64,000 nucleotides of DNA from Limnothrix sp. BL-A-16 (lineage in GTDB: Bacteria; Cyanobacteriota; Cyanobacteriia; CACIAM-69d): positions 4,352,001 to 4,416,000 of the forward strand of contig CP166615.1 of assembly GCA_041937175.2 (NCBI GenBank), given 5' to 3'. A program made the position numbers and the translations under genes. Of the stretch, positions 29,262-39,302 are shown piece after piece (within the stretch, counting starts at the first letter, position 1; every line of letters starts with the position of its first letter). The notes below the pieces were generated by a model. That model ran no database searches. It was not told the DNA's origin and saw only the letters and a list, made by a program, of their open reading frames with translations.

Positions 29262-30137
29262 ATGGGCAACCTTCAGCAAACAGGGCGGGCGATCGTGCGG
29301 TTGCTGCGCTGGGACAAACCGGCGGGGCGGCTGATTCTGCTGATTCCGGCCCTGTGGGCCTTGGTGTTGGCCAGTGATGGCCGGCCCCATCCCCTGTTGG
29401 TGCTGGTGGTGGTGGTGGGCACGATCGCCACCAGTGCCGCCGGTTGTGTGGTGAATGACCTGTGGGATCGCAACATTGACCCCAAGGTGGAGCGCACCAA
29501 ACAACGGCCCCTGGCCGCCCGATCGCTCTCGGTGAAAGTGGGCGTGGGGGTGATGCTGGTGGCGGCCCTCTGTGCGGCCGGGCTGTTGCCCTTTTTGAAT
29601 GGTTTAAGCGTGCTGCTTTGCGTGGCGGCCGTGCCGGTAATTGCGCTCTATCCGGCGGCCAAGCGGGTGTTTCCGGTTCCGCAACTGGTGCTGGCGATCG
29701 CCTGGGGGTTTGCGGTGCTGATTCCTTGGAGCGCGGCGATCAACCCGCCCAGTTTGGACTTGCCGGCCTGGTTGCTCTGGGGCGCGGTGGTGCTCTGGAC
29801 GCTGGGCTTTGATACGGTCTATGCCTTGGCCGATCGGGAGGATGATCGCCGGTTGGGCATCCATTCCAGCGCCCTCTTCTTTGGCGATTTGGCTCCCCAG
29901 GCGATCGGGGCATTTTATGCGGGCACGGCTCTGTTGTTGGCCTACACGGCTTTGGCCCTGGAGCTAAACATTGGGTTCTGGCTCACCCTGTTCGGGGCGA
30001 TCGGCCTTTGGGTGCGGCAATACCTGCGCCTGAGCGATCGACAACTATCGCGGGCGGCCTACGGCAAAATGTTCGCGGAAAACGTGACGATCGGCTTTGT
30101 GCTGTTGGCCGGAATGCTGGTCGGCTGCTGGTTCTAA
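29262..30137 (+). CDS. plqA: 4-hydroxybenzoate solanesyltransferase (UbiA family)
   Basis: LLRWDKPAG, NDLWDR.ID..VERT..RPL, DTVYA..DREDD. Confidence 0.9.
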   Translation: MGNLQQTGRAIVRLLRWDKPAGRLILLIPALWALVLASDGRPHPLLVLVVVVGTIATSAAGCVVNDLWDRNIDPKVERTKQRPLAARSLSVKVGVGVMLVAALCAAGLLPFLNGLSVLLCVAAVPVIALYPAAKRVFPVPQLVLAIAWGFAVLIPWSAAINPPSLDLPAWLLWGAVVLWTLGFDTVYALADREDDRRLGIHSSALFFGDLAPQAIGAFYAGTALLLAYTALALELNIGFWLTLFGAIGLWVRQYLRLSDRQLSRAAYGKMFAENVTIGFVLLAGMLVGCWF

Positions 30138-30242
30138 ACATTTCCCGTCGTTTACAGGCTGGGTGGGATGTCAAACAGCCCTGCCGGATGGCGTTCCAGA
30201 CGAAGCGATCTAGATTGGAAATGCTGGTTGGGGAACAACACC

Positions 30243-33020
30243 ATGGGCGATCGCGCGAGATGGGGACTGCTGGCGGTGCTGGTGGGTTGCGGGCTGGGGA
30301 TGGCGGTTCCTCCGGCGATCGCCCAAGACTACCGATCGCACCAAGGGCTAGTGAATTTTGCCGATTGGTGTCGGCAGCGCGATCGACTGGATCCGGCGGC
30401 GCGGCATACGGTGGGAGCTTTGTTGCGGGTGGCCAAAACCCAGGACTGTGAGCAGGCTTGGCGAAATTTGGTGGCCCTGCCGGTGTTGGATTTGTCCAAC
30501 CAAAATATTCAGGATGTCAGCCCGATCGCCGCCTTTAACCATTGGCGGGCCCTGTCGCTGCCGGGGAACCAAATTCGGGATTTGCGGCCCTTGGCGGGGA
30601 TGTCGTCCTTGCGCCAATTAATTTTGGGGTTCAATCAGGTGCAGGATCTCTCGCCCCTGAAAGACCTGAACCAGTTGGAAATGCTGGATTTGACCCGTAA
30701 TCAGATCACCGCTTTGCCCCAGGAGCCGGGGTTGGCGCGGTTGCGATCGCTGATTTTGTTGGGTAACCCCCTGCGGCAACATACCTGCCCCTTTCGGCCG
30801 ATTACGATTTGTCTGTTTGATGATCCGGGGGCCCCGTTGACGGCGCGGGCCCAGGCGGCGATCGACCAGGGCAATTGGCCCGAGGCGATCGCCCAGCTAC
30901 AACAGGCCCGCGACCAATATCAGGCCTTGGGCGATCGCTCGCGGCTCGCCAAAACTCAGGTGCAGTTGGGCAATGTGTATTTGCAATTGGGAGAATTTGC
31001 CCGAGCTTTGGAGGTGCAGCAAGCGGCCCATGGGGTAATTGCGGAAACGGGCGATCGGCCCACGATCGGGCTGGTGATGGCGAGTTTGACGGAAACCTAT
31101 GAGCGTTTGGGCCAATATCACCAGGCGGAGGCTTGGCTCGATCGGGCGATCGCCAATGCGGCTGAACAGGCCACCGCCGCGATTCCCCTGGATGGGGGGC
31201 TGTATGAACTGCCCAAACAACAGGGCTATTTAGCGGCTTGGTTATCCCAAGTGCAGTTGCGCCAGGGCAAGGCGGCCCAAGCGGTGGTTATCGCCCAGCA
31301 AGGGGTGCAATTTTATAACCTGCTACCGGAGGATTATCCCGGCAAAGCAGTGGGGATGACCAAGGCTCAGTTGATGTTGGGGGAGGCGCTGCGGGCGGTG
31401 GGTCGCCGCTCGGAGGCCCGCAACGCCCTGGAGCAGGTGCGACAGTTGGCCCAAACCCACGGCGATCGGCCCGGCGAGGCCCAAGCCTGGGAACAGTTGG
31501 CCCTGTTGGCCAATGATGCGGGCGATCGCGAGCAAGCAAGGGCTAATTTCGAGGCCGCCTTGGCCATCCATCGCGCCACGGGGGCCCGGGCCGAAGAGGG
31601 GCGGTTGTTAACCCGTTTGGGGGAATTTTATTTGGGGCAGGGGGCGGCTCCTCGGGCGATCGAGCATCTGTTTCAGGCGATCGAGCGGTGGGAATCGGTG
31701 CGGCCAGGCCTGAGCGATGACAACAAAATTGCCCTCGCCGACACCCAAGCCCAAACCTATCGCCTGTTGCAAGAGGCCTTGATTGCCCAAGGCCAGGCGG
31801 GGCAAGCCTTGGAGGTGGCGGAACGGGCCCGGGCCCGGGCCTTTGTGGAGCTGTTGGCTGCCCGATCGGGCCATTTGGCGAACCAACCCAACCCAGCGGC
31901 TAGCCCACCGCCCACCCTCAGCCAAATTCAGCAGTTAGCGCGCGATCGCCGCTTAACCTTGGTGGAATACACGATCGGCCAGCGATCGCTCCACATTTGG
32001 GTGGTCAATCCCCAAGGAGATGTGACCCTCCGCACGGTGTCTGTGGCGGGCGACTCGGCCGAAGCCACCCTGGCCACCCAAATTCAAGAGCTGCGGCGAA
32101 CCCTGCCCCAAGGGCAACTGTTGGCGGCAGAGTTGCGCCGTCAACTGAACGGGTTGCATCGGCAATTGATCGCCCCGATCGCGGACTTGTTGCCCACGGA
32201 TCCCCAGGAACCGGTGGCGATCGTGCCCCAGGGGCTGCTGTTTTTAGTGCCCTTTGCCGCCCTGCAAGCGGACGATGGGCAGATGCTCATCGATCGCCAC
32301 AGTTTGTTCCTCACCCCCGCGATTGATGTGTTGCGGTTGCAATTTGCGGAAAATCCGCCCGATCGCCCCCTAGTTTCCGATGTGGTGGTGGGGATCGATC
32401 GCGCGGCCCTGGTGGTGGGCAATCCGGTGATGCCCGCCGTGCCCCCCGTTTGGGGAGCGGCCCCCAGCCCCCTGAGCAACTTACCCGGAGCCGAATCGGA
32501 AGCGCGCCAAGTGGCCCAACTGCTTCAGGTCAAGCCGCTGTTGGGGGCCCAGGCCACCAAGGGCGAGATTCTGAATCGAATTACCCAGGCGCGTCGAATT
32601 CACCTAGCCACCCATGGGTTATTAGATGACTTGGGTAATTCGGGAATGCCGGGGGCGATTGCCCTTGCACCGGCTGCCGGTGATGACGGCCTGCTCAGTG
32701 CCGGTGAAATTATGGAATTGCGGTTGGCGGCGGAGCTGGTGGTGCTCAGTGCCTGTGATACGGGTCGCGGCCGGATTACCGGTGATGGGGTGTTGGGGTT
32801 GTCCCGTTCTTTCTTGGCGGCGGGAGCCGATCGGGTGGTGGTGACCCTTTGGAAAATTCCTGATCAACCCACCGCGATCCTGATGGGCTATTTTTACGCA
32901 GCCCTTCAGCAGGGTCGTTCGCCCGTGGCGGCCCTGCGCCAAGCCATGATCCAAACCCGCGATCGCTACCCCAACCCGTTCCAGTGGGCTGCTTTCACGG
33001 CCGTGGGTCGGCCCGACTGA
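30243..33020 (+). CDS. Signal peptide-LRR-TPR-CHAT (caspase-like peptidase) protein
   Basis: Hydrophobic leader ending in AIA; internalin-like LRRs; TPR helices; CHAT motifs HLATHG, LVVLSACDTG, WAAF. Confidence 0.88.
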   Translation: MGDRARWGLLAVLVGCGLGMAVPPAIAQDYRSHQGLVNFADWCRQRDRLDPAARHTVGALLRVAKTQDCEQAWRNLVALPVLDLSNQNIQDVSPIAAFNHWRALSLPGNQIRDLRPLAGMSSLRQLILGFNQVQDLSPLKDLNQLEMLDLTRNQITALPQEPGLARLRSLILLGNPLRQHTCPFRPITICLFDDPGAPLTARAQAAIDQGNWPEAIAQLQQARDQYQALGDRSRLAKTQVQLGNVYLQLGEFARALEVQQAAHGVIAETGDRPTIGLVMASLTETYERLGQYHQAEAWLDRAIANAAEQATAAIPLDGGLYELPKQQGYLAAWLSQVQLRQGKAAQAVVIAQQGVQFYNLLPEDYPGKAVGMTKAQLMLGEALRAVGRRSEARNALEQVRQLAQTHGDRPGEAQAWEQLALLANDAGDREQARANFEAALAIHRATGARAEEGRLLTRLGEFYLGQGAAPRAIEHLFQAIERWESVRPGLSDDNKIALADTQAQTYRLLQEALIAQGQAGQALEVAERARARAFVELLAARSGHLANQPNPAASPPPTLSQIQQLARDRRLTLVEYTIGQRSLHIWVVNPQGDVTLRTVSVAGDSAEATLATQIQELRRTLPQGQLLAAELRRQLNGLHRQLIAPIADLLPTDPQEPVAIVPQGLLFLVPFAALQADDGQMLIDRHSLFLTPAIDVLRLQFAENPPDRPLVSDVVVGIDRAALVVGNPVMPAVPPVWGAAPSPLSNLPGAESEARQVAQLLQVKPLLGAQATKGEILNRITQARRIHLATHGLLDDLGNSGMPGAIALAPAAGDDGLLSAGEIMELRLAAELVVLSACDTGRGRITGDGVLGLSRSFLAAGADRVVVTLWKIPDQPTAILMGYFYAALQQGRSPVAALRQAMIQTRDRYPNPFQWAAFTAVGRPD

Positions 33021-33040
33021 GGATTGAGAATGGGCCCGCC

Positions 33041-36000
33041 CTAGCCTTCCAGGTTGAGATTGACCGAGAAGGTCAACACCGTTTCATCAACGCCCTTCAG
33101 TTCCAGGGGCCCCACTTTTTCGATGTCATTTTCATCCAAATAGTCCGCCACGGCCGCCGACACCAAAACCGTGCCCGGCCGGGCCGCCTGCTGAATTCGG
33201 GAAGCGATGTTCACGCAGGGGCCAATGGCCGTGTAGTCCGATCGCTCCGCACTGCCGAACATGCCCACCACGGCCGTGCCCTGATGAATGCCGCAGCGGA
33301 ACCGGACGGGGGGAATGGCCTGCTCGCCCCAAACCTGGTTCAGTTGGTGCAGTCGTTCGGACATTTGACGCGCGGTGCGCACGGCCCGCTGTACCTGCTC
33401 GTTGGGGGTGGCTTCCTCGGGCGCACCGAACAGCACCAAAATCGCATCGCCCATGAACTTGTCGATCGTGCCGCCGTTGGCAAAGGCAATGTGGGTCATT
33501 TCCGACAGGTATTCATTCAGCAACTCGGCCACCTTGCGCGATCGCACCGTGTTCGAGAGCTGCGTGAAGCCCACAATATCGCTGAACAGCACCGTAATCA
33601 GCCGAGGCTCCGGTTGCAGATCCAACATCAACTCGCCCGCGGCCGCCTTGGTAACCAATGATCCCGGCAAAAAGCGCCGCAACACCGATTCGGTCAGGTA
33701 GGCGTTGAGTTCCGAAACCTTGCGCTCATTGGCCTTCAAGGCGATCAGATTATGGACTTCCGCCAACAATTCCCGATCGTCAAAGGGCTTGGCCAGATAA
33801 GCATCTGCGCCAATTTCCACCCCTTCAACCCGGGTGTCGGCATCGGCTTTGGCCGTCAACAAGATAATGGGCGTGCCTTGGAGGGCTTTGTCTTGGCGGA
33901 CTTGCCGAATTAGGTCTAACCCGGAAACCCCCGGCATCATCAGATCGGTCAGGATCAGATGGGGCTGGTATTGTTCGGCGGCGGCGATCCCTTCGGCTCC
34001 GTTGCGGGCCACAATCACCCCGTATTGATTCCGGCGCAAAATGCTGCTGACATAGCTCCGCAGGTCGGGGTTGTCGTCCACCACCAGCACCAACGGTCGA
34101 TCGCCCAAGTCCTGCGGTTCTGGATCCGGCAAGGGATCGTTGGCGTGGGTGGCGGCATCATGCTCCAGCAATTCGGCGGCCAGGTCTGCCAGCTCGATCG
34201 CGGCGCGGCTGCCTTCGATCGCCACCGGTTGCTCGATCGTTCGATCGGGCGGCAAGTGGGTGGAACCCCGGTCTAACCAAACGGAGAACGTTGCCCCCTG
34301 GCCATAGTCCGACTCCACCGTCACCCGCCCGCCATGGAGTTCCACCAACTCCTTCACCAGGGCCAGGCCCAGACCCGTGCCCTCGTAACCCCGACTCACG
34401 GAACCTTCGGCCTGGCGGAACCGTTCAAAGAGGTGGGGAATTTGGTCGGCCCGAATCCCGATCCCCGTGTCGCTCACTTGCAGCAGATAATGCTGCCCCG
34501 TGGCTTCCACCGTGACCGTGATTGTTCCGCCGCGCGGCGTGAACTTCATGGCATTGGAGAGCAGGTTATAGAGCACCTTATCGAAGCGCTCGCTGTCCAA
34601 ATAGGTATCGGGACAAGGGGTGAGGTTGGCCACCAGGGCGATCCCCTTGCGATCGCAGTAGGGGCGGAAGGATTCCAAAATGTAGCGGGCAAACTCCGCC
34701 AAATCGCAGGGGCGGAAGGTGGGCTGCATTCGGCCCGCATCCACCCGCTGCAAGTCCAGCAGTTGATTCACCAACCGCAACAGCCGCCGCGAGTTCCGTA
34801 GGGCCACATCGGCCTGCTCGTAGGGCAAGCCTTGTTTTTGATTCACCGCCGCTTCCAGGGGCCCGATCATCAGGGTCAGGGGCGTGCGGAACTCGTGGGA
34901 GATGTTTTGGAAAAATTCGGTCTTTTGCCGATCGAGTGCCAGCAGTTGTTCCGCCTGTTGGCGAGTGGTTTGGTATAGGCGCGACTGTTGCACCGCGATC
35001 GCCGCTTGGACGGCCACCGCCTGCACCAGCTTGATTTCCGTCCGTTTCCAGGGGCGGGGGCTGGCCTGGCGCAGGGAAATGCTGCCGATGATGTTCCCTT
35101 CTGAGAGCAGGGGAACCACCAACAGGGCCCGGGCCTGCTGCTTCAGGGGCAAGCTGGCGGAGAGGCTGCTTTCGTGCAGATCATCAAGGGCGATCGGCTG
35201 TTGGGTGTCGATCAGTTGTTGCAGAACGGGGTTGCTGACGATCGGGGCGATCGAGCGGGGCAGGGGTTCATGTTGCCGGGCCGCCGCCACCGGATCCACC
35301 TGCTGGGGACTCCAGGACCAATCGTGATGATCGCCGCCCAAGGGCGAGGCCTCATCAAACCCCACACACTGCACATACTCATCGTCCTTGGTCCAAAGGG
35401 AGAGGGCGCAACCGTCGGACTTCAGGGCCTGGCGTAGCTGCTGGGTGATGGTGGCAAAGATGGTTTTCGGCTCCAGGCTCGATCGAATGGCCGTGGCGAT
35501 CGCGTTCACCAGGGCTTCGCGATCGGCCAGGGCCCGCACCCGATCGTAGGCCCGCGCCTGGGCCAGGGCCAAAGCCGCCTGATCCGCCACGGCCACGGCC
35601 AATTGCAGATCTTCCTCGCTCCAGGGCTGCACCGTTTCGCAGCGATGGAGGGCCATGACCGCCAGGGCTTCCCCGCGATAGACCATGGGCACGATCGCGC
35701 TTGATCGAATGCCCAACCGCTCAAAGGCCGATTGCCGCCCTTGCCAAACCGGTTCCGGAGTTTGCAGCCGCTGATCCGTGGCCGCATCGTCCACCGACGT
35801 GGCCGACTCCACCAGCCAAACCGTTTCCCGCAAACTTTCAAAAATCGTTTCGATCGACTGCTGCGTCACCACCGTGGGATCGCTCGACCAATGGACAAAC
35901 TGTTCATGGGTCAGGTGGCCATCTTCCACGGGCCGCAACAAACAGCAGTTTGACTGCAAGGCCTGGCCCACCGCCTCCACGATCGTTTGCAGCATTGTGC

Positions 36001-36568
36001 GCGAGTCCAGGACACTGCGCACCGTGGTGGAGACCTCGTTCAGCAACGACTCCCGCCGCAGGGCCTGGCGCAACTCCCAAGTGCGCGATCGCAACACATT
36101 GTGGGTTTCCACCGCCTTGCGCACCGAGGCTTTCAAATCCTCGTCGTCCCAAGGCTTCGTCACATACTTGAACACCTTGCCGGAGTTGATGGCCTCCACC
36201 AGGTCATCCACATCCGTGTAGCCGGTGACAATAATCCGCATCACGTCCGGATATTGCTCGGCCGTCAAACTCAAAAATTCCGTCCCACTCATCAGCGGCA
36301 TTCGCTGATCCGAGATGATGACGGCCACGTTGGGATCTTTGGCTAAGATGTCCAGGGCTTCTGGGCCATTGTTGGCCCGCAAAACCTGGAACTCTCGATG
36401 CAGCGTTCGGTAGAGCAAATCGAGAATATCGGCTTCGTCGTCAATGACCAGAACTGTGGGCTTGGTCATCATGGGGCTTGCCCCCCAGCCCCGATCGGGT
36501 TGCAACCCAGGCTGTGGTGCTGGAGAAACTGCGGGCCAAGTTGCCGTTGGGAGTGAAGAAGCATCCAT
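33041..36568 (-). CDS. cyaC: Hybrid histidine kinase-adenylate cyclase (REC-GAF-GAF-HisKA-HATPase-REC-cyclase)
   Basis: SDQRMP, SHEFRTPL, GTGLGL, TDLMMP, FSDIVGFT, DKFMGDA, VNIASR; CyaC domain architecture. Start 36568 or 36472. Confidence 0.88.
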   Translation of the reverse strand: MDASSLPTATWPAVSPAPQPGLQPDRGWGASPMMTKPTVLVIDDEADILDLLYRTLHREFQVLRANNGPEALDILAKDPNVAVIISDQRMPLMSGTEFLSLTAEQYPDVMRIIVTGYTDVDDLVEAINSGKVFKYVTKPWDDEDLKASVRKAVETHNVLRSRTWELRQALRRESLLNEVSTTVRSVLDSRTMLQTIVEAVGQALQSNCCLLRPVEDGHLTHEQFVHWSSDPTVVTQQSIETIFESLRETVWLVESATSVDDAATDQRLQTPEPVWQGRQSAFERLGIRSSAIVPMVYRGEALAVMALHRCETVQPWSEEDLQLAVAVADQAALALAQARAYDRVRALADREALVNAIATAIRSSLEPKTIFATITQQLRQALKSDGCALSLWTKDDEYVQCVGFDEASPLGGDHHDWSWSPQQVDPVAAARQHEPLPRSIAPIVSNPVLQQLIDTQQPIALDDLHESSLSASLPLKQQARALLVVPLLSEGNIIGSISLRQASPRPWKRTEIKLVQAVAVQAAIAVQQSRLYQTTRQQAEQLLALDRQKTEFFQNISHEFRTPLTLMIGPLEAAVNQKQGLPYEQADVALRNSRRLLRLVNQLLDLQRVDAGRMQPTFRPCDLAEFARYILESFRPYCDRKGIALVANLTPCPDTYLDSERFDKVLYNLLSNAMKFTPRGGTITVTVEATGQHYLLQVSDTGIGIRADQIPHLFERFRQAEGSVSRGYEGTGLGLALVKELVELHGGRVTVESDYGQGATFSVWLDRGSTHLPPDRTIEQPVAIEGSRAAIELADLAAELLEHDAATHANDPLPDPEPQDLGDRPLVLVVDDNPDLRSYVSSILRRNQYGVIVARNGAEGIAAAEQYQPHLILTDLMMPGVSGLDLIRQVRQDKALQGTPIILLTAKADADTRVEGVEIGADAYLAKPFDDRELLAEVHNLIALKANERKVSELNAYLTESVLRRFLPGSLVTKAAAGELMLDLQPEPRLITVLFSDIVGFTQLSNTVRSRKVAELLNEYLSEMTHIAFANGGTIDKFMGDAILVLFGAPEEATPNEQVQRAVRTARQMSERLHQLNQVWGEQAIPPVRFRCGIHQGTAVVGMFGSAERSDYTAIGPCVNIASRIQQAARPGTVLVSAAVADYLDENDIEKVGPLELKGVDETVLTFSVNLNLEG

Positions 36569-37085
36569 TGTGGGAGCAAAGAGCCGGCCATAGCGCCCTA
36601 GCGCGGGATGATGGGGAGTTGAAATGCCAAAGGGCAACGAACAACTGGTCGATCGCTTCAGCCAACGAATGGTAAGGGTTTAGGGCATTGGCGACTGCGA
36701 ATTTTCAGAACAGGTTACCCAGGGACTGATGCCGGATGGAGTAGGACTCAGACCACCGATCAGGCCCTTGGCGAATTTTGATGACCTATTGTAGTTCGGA
36801 GCGCCGCTGACTGGCTTCCTTCCCACTCGGCCTCGATCGGCTTTGTTCCGTTACCCAGTAAGGACTCAATGTTCCTTACGCCCTTTGCGGAACGAACTCC
36901 GGATGCGACTGTGGGAGGTTCACCGGGCGCAGGGAGATGGTGAGTCCCGATCGCCCTTCAAAAGTCCCCGAAAACAGCCCTTAACCCCCACTGATCCGAA
37001 AGTTACGCCGGAATGCACCCTAAATTCTCAAGCTTTGAACCATCTTGCAAGGGGTTGGCTCCCATGGGGCCCCGGGTCGATCGCC

Positions 37086-38897
37086 CTATTCCCGATCGAT
37101 TTTTAACACGGCCATGAACGCCGACTGGGGCACATCCACCGTGCCGATCGCCTTCATCCGCTTTTTCCCTTCCGCTTGCTTCTTCAGCAATTTCTTCTTC
37201 CGGGAAATATCACCGCCATAGCACTTGGCCAACACATCCTTGCGCAGGGCAGGGATCGCTTCACTGGCCACGACCCGTGAGCCGATCGTAGCTTGAATCG
37301 GCACTTTGAACTGATGGCGCGGGATCAGCTCCTTCAGCTTTTCCACCAGGGCCCGGCCCACGTAGTAGGCCTTATCCCGGTGGACGATCGCGGAGAGGGA
37401 ATCCACCCGATCGCCATTAATCAGCACATCCAGCCGCACCAGCGGATTTTCCCGGTAGCCAATCAGCGAATATTCCATGCTGGCATAACCGCGCGATCGG
37501 GACTTCATTTGATCAAAAAAGTCTGTTACTACCTCCGCCAGTGGAATTTCATAGATCAACGTTGTCCGGCCCTGGGTCAGGTAGCGCATATCCACAAACA
37601 CCCCGCGCCGCGTTTGCGATAGCTCCATCAACGTCCCGACAAAGCTTTCGGGCGTGATCATCTCCACCTTTACGTAGGGTTCTTCGATGGTTTCGCGGTA
37701 TTGCGGTTCCGGCAGCTCGCTGGGATTGTCAATCATCACCACCTCACCATCAATCTTGGTGACGCGGTAAACCACCGAAGGCGCGGTGGCGATCAAGTCC
37801 AGGTTATATTCCCGCTCCAGCCGCTCTTGCACAATTTCCATGTGCAGCAGCCCCAGGAAGCCACAGCGGAAGCCAAACCCCATGGCGCTGGAGGTTTCTG
37901 GCTCGTAGCTGAGGGCCGCATCGTTCAAACGCAGGCGATCGAGCGCTTCCCGCAGTTCCCCAAACTGGTCGGAATCCGTCGGAAACAGCCCACAAAACAC
38001 CATCGGCTTGGCTTCCGTGTAGCCGGGCCAAGGTTCCGTCGCCGGTTTGCTGACCAGGGTGATCGTGTCGCCGACCCGCGCATCGCCCACGGCCTTAATC
38101 GAAGCGGCCAGGTAGCCCACTTCGCCCGCGTGCAGCTCACCGATCGGGCATTGATTCGGGGCCAACACGCCCAATTCATCAATTTCGTACTCTTTCCCGG
38201 AGGCCATTAGGCGCACCTTGTCGCCTTTTTTCACCCGGCCATCCATGACGCGGAAATACACAATCACACCCCGATAGCTGTCGTAATAGCTATCAAAAAT
38301 CAACGCCCGCAGGGGTTTGTCTACGGTGTCCGCTGGCGGGGGCACTTTTTGGACGATCGCTTCCAAAATCTCGCGGATGCCGATCCCTTCCTTGGCTGAA
38401 GCGTGAATCGCATCGCTGCAATCGAGGCCGATCGTGTCTTCAATTTCGCCGGCCACCCGATCGGGTTCTGCGCCGGGCAGGTCGATCTTGTTCAAGACCG
38501 GCACAATTTCCAAGTTATTTTCCAAGGCCAAATAAACGTTGGCCAAGGTTTGGGCTTCCACCCCCTGGGACGCATCCACCACCAGCAGGGCCCCTTCGCA
38601 AGCGGCCAAGCTGCGGGACACTTCATAGGAAAAGTCCACGTGACCGGGTGTATCAATCAGGTTGATCACGTAGTCGTTGCCGTCTTTGGCCCGGTAATTC
38701 ATCCGCGCCGCTTGCAATTTGATGGTGATTCCCCGTTCCCGTTCTAGTTCCATGTTGTCGAGGAACTGTTCTTTCATGTCGCGCGCGGCCACTGTGCCCG
38801 TATCTTGCAGCAGGCGATCGGCCAGGGTCGATTTACCGTGGTCGATGTGCGCCACGATCGAGAAGTTACGGATGCGCGAAACGGGAACGTCGGTCAT
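37086..38897 (-). CDS. lepA: Translation elongation factor 4
   Basis: [52 protein letters not shown]. Confidence 0.98.
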   Translation of the reverse strand: MTDVPVSRIRNFSIVAHIDHGKSTLADRLLQDTGTVAARDMKEQFLDNMELERERGITIKLQAARMNYRAKDGNDYVINLIDTPGHVDFSYEVSRSLAACEGALLVVDASQGVEAQTLANVYLALENNLEIVPVLNKIDLPGAEPDRVAGEIEDTIGLDCSDAIHASAKEGIGIREILEAIVQKVPPPADTVDKPLRALIFDSYYDSYRGVIVYFRVMDGRVKKGDKVRLMASGKEYEIDELGVLAPNQCPIGELHAGEVGYLAASIKAVGDARVGDTITLVSKPATEPWPGYTEAKPMVFCGLFPTDSDQFGELREALDRLRLNDAALSYEPETSSAMGFGFRCGFLGLLHMEIVQERLEREYNLDLIATAPSVVYRVTKIDGEVVMIDNPSELPEPQYRETIEEPYVKVEMITPESFVGTLMELSQTRRGVFVDMRYLTQGRTTLIYEIPLAEVVTDFFDQMKSRSRGYASMEYSLIGYRENPLVRLDVLINGDRVDSLSAIVHRDKAYYVGRALVEKLKELIPRHQFKVPIQATIGSRVVASEAIPALRKDVLAKCYGGDISRKKKLLKKQAEGKKRMKAIGTVDVPQSAFMAVLKIDRE

Positions 38898-38989
38898 AGG
38901 AGCGGAACGGTAGGGCAAACGGGGAAAGGAAGCCAACCGCATTGTAACGAATTCCATAGCGCCTAATTCGCCTGGGTGCTCTGGATTGT

Positions 38990-39302
38990 TTGGGGCCAAT
39001 GGGGCGATCGCCTTTTGGGGATGGGTTGCGATCGGGTGGGGGCGTTGCCCAAAAACAAGCACCTGGGGCGGGGGCGGCGGGGCGAGGGTCTGCAAGGGCG
39101 AAAAGGCTGATGGGGGCTTGGTTTGGTGATTTTTGGGGGATTTGGAGATGCTTGTAAGTGGCTGAAAGGGAGATGGGGCAAGGGTTGGGCGATCGGCAAA
39201 CGGTCGATCGGGGGTGATTTTTTGGCAGATGCGGGGTGATCGGCTAAGATGCTTGTAAGGTTCCATTTCGGCGCTTGTCCCGTAAGGGTTTCAGGCGGCG
39301 GG
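38990..39302 (+). promoter_or_regulatory. CRISPR leader, divergent from lepA
   Basis: Non-coding region next to repeat 1; duplicated AGATGCTTGTAAG (39146, 39247) and CTTGTCCCGTAAGGGTTTCAG motif just before the array. Confidence 0.65.

Noticed and set aside
38898..39266. N-terminal extension of the 726-aa lepA ORF
   Set aside because: LepA homology starts at MTDVPVS (38897); the extension is the CRISPR leader and promoter region
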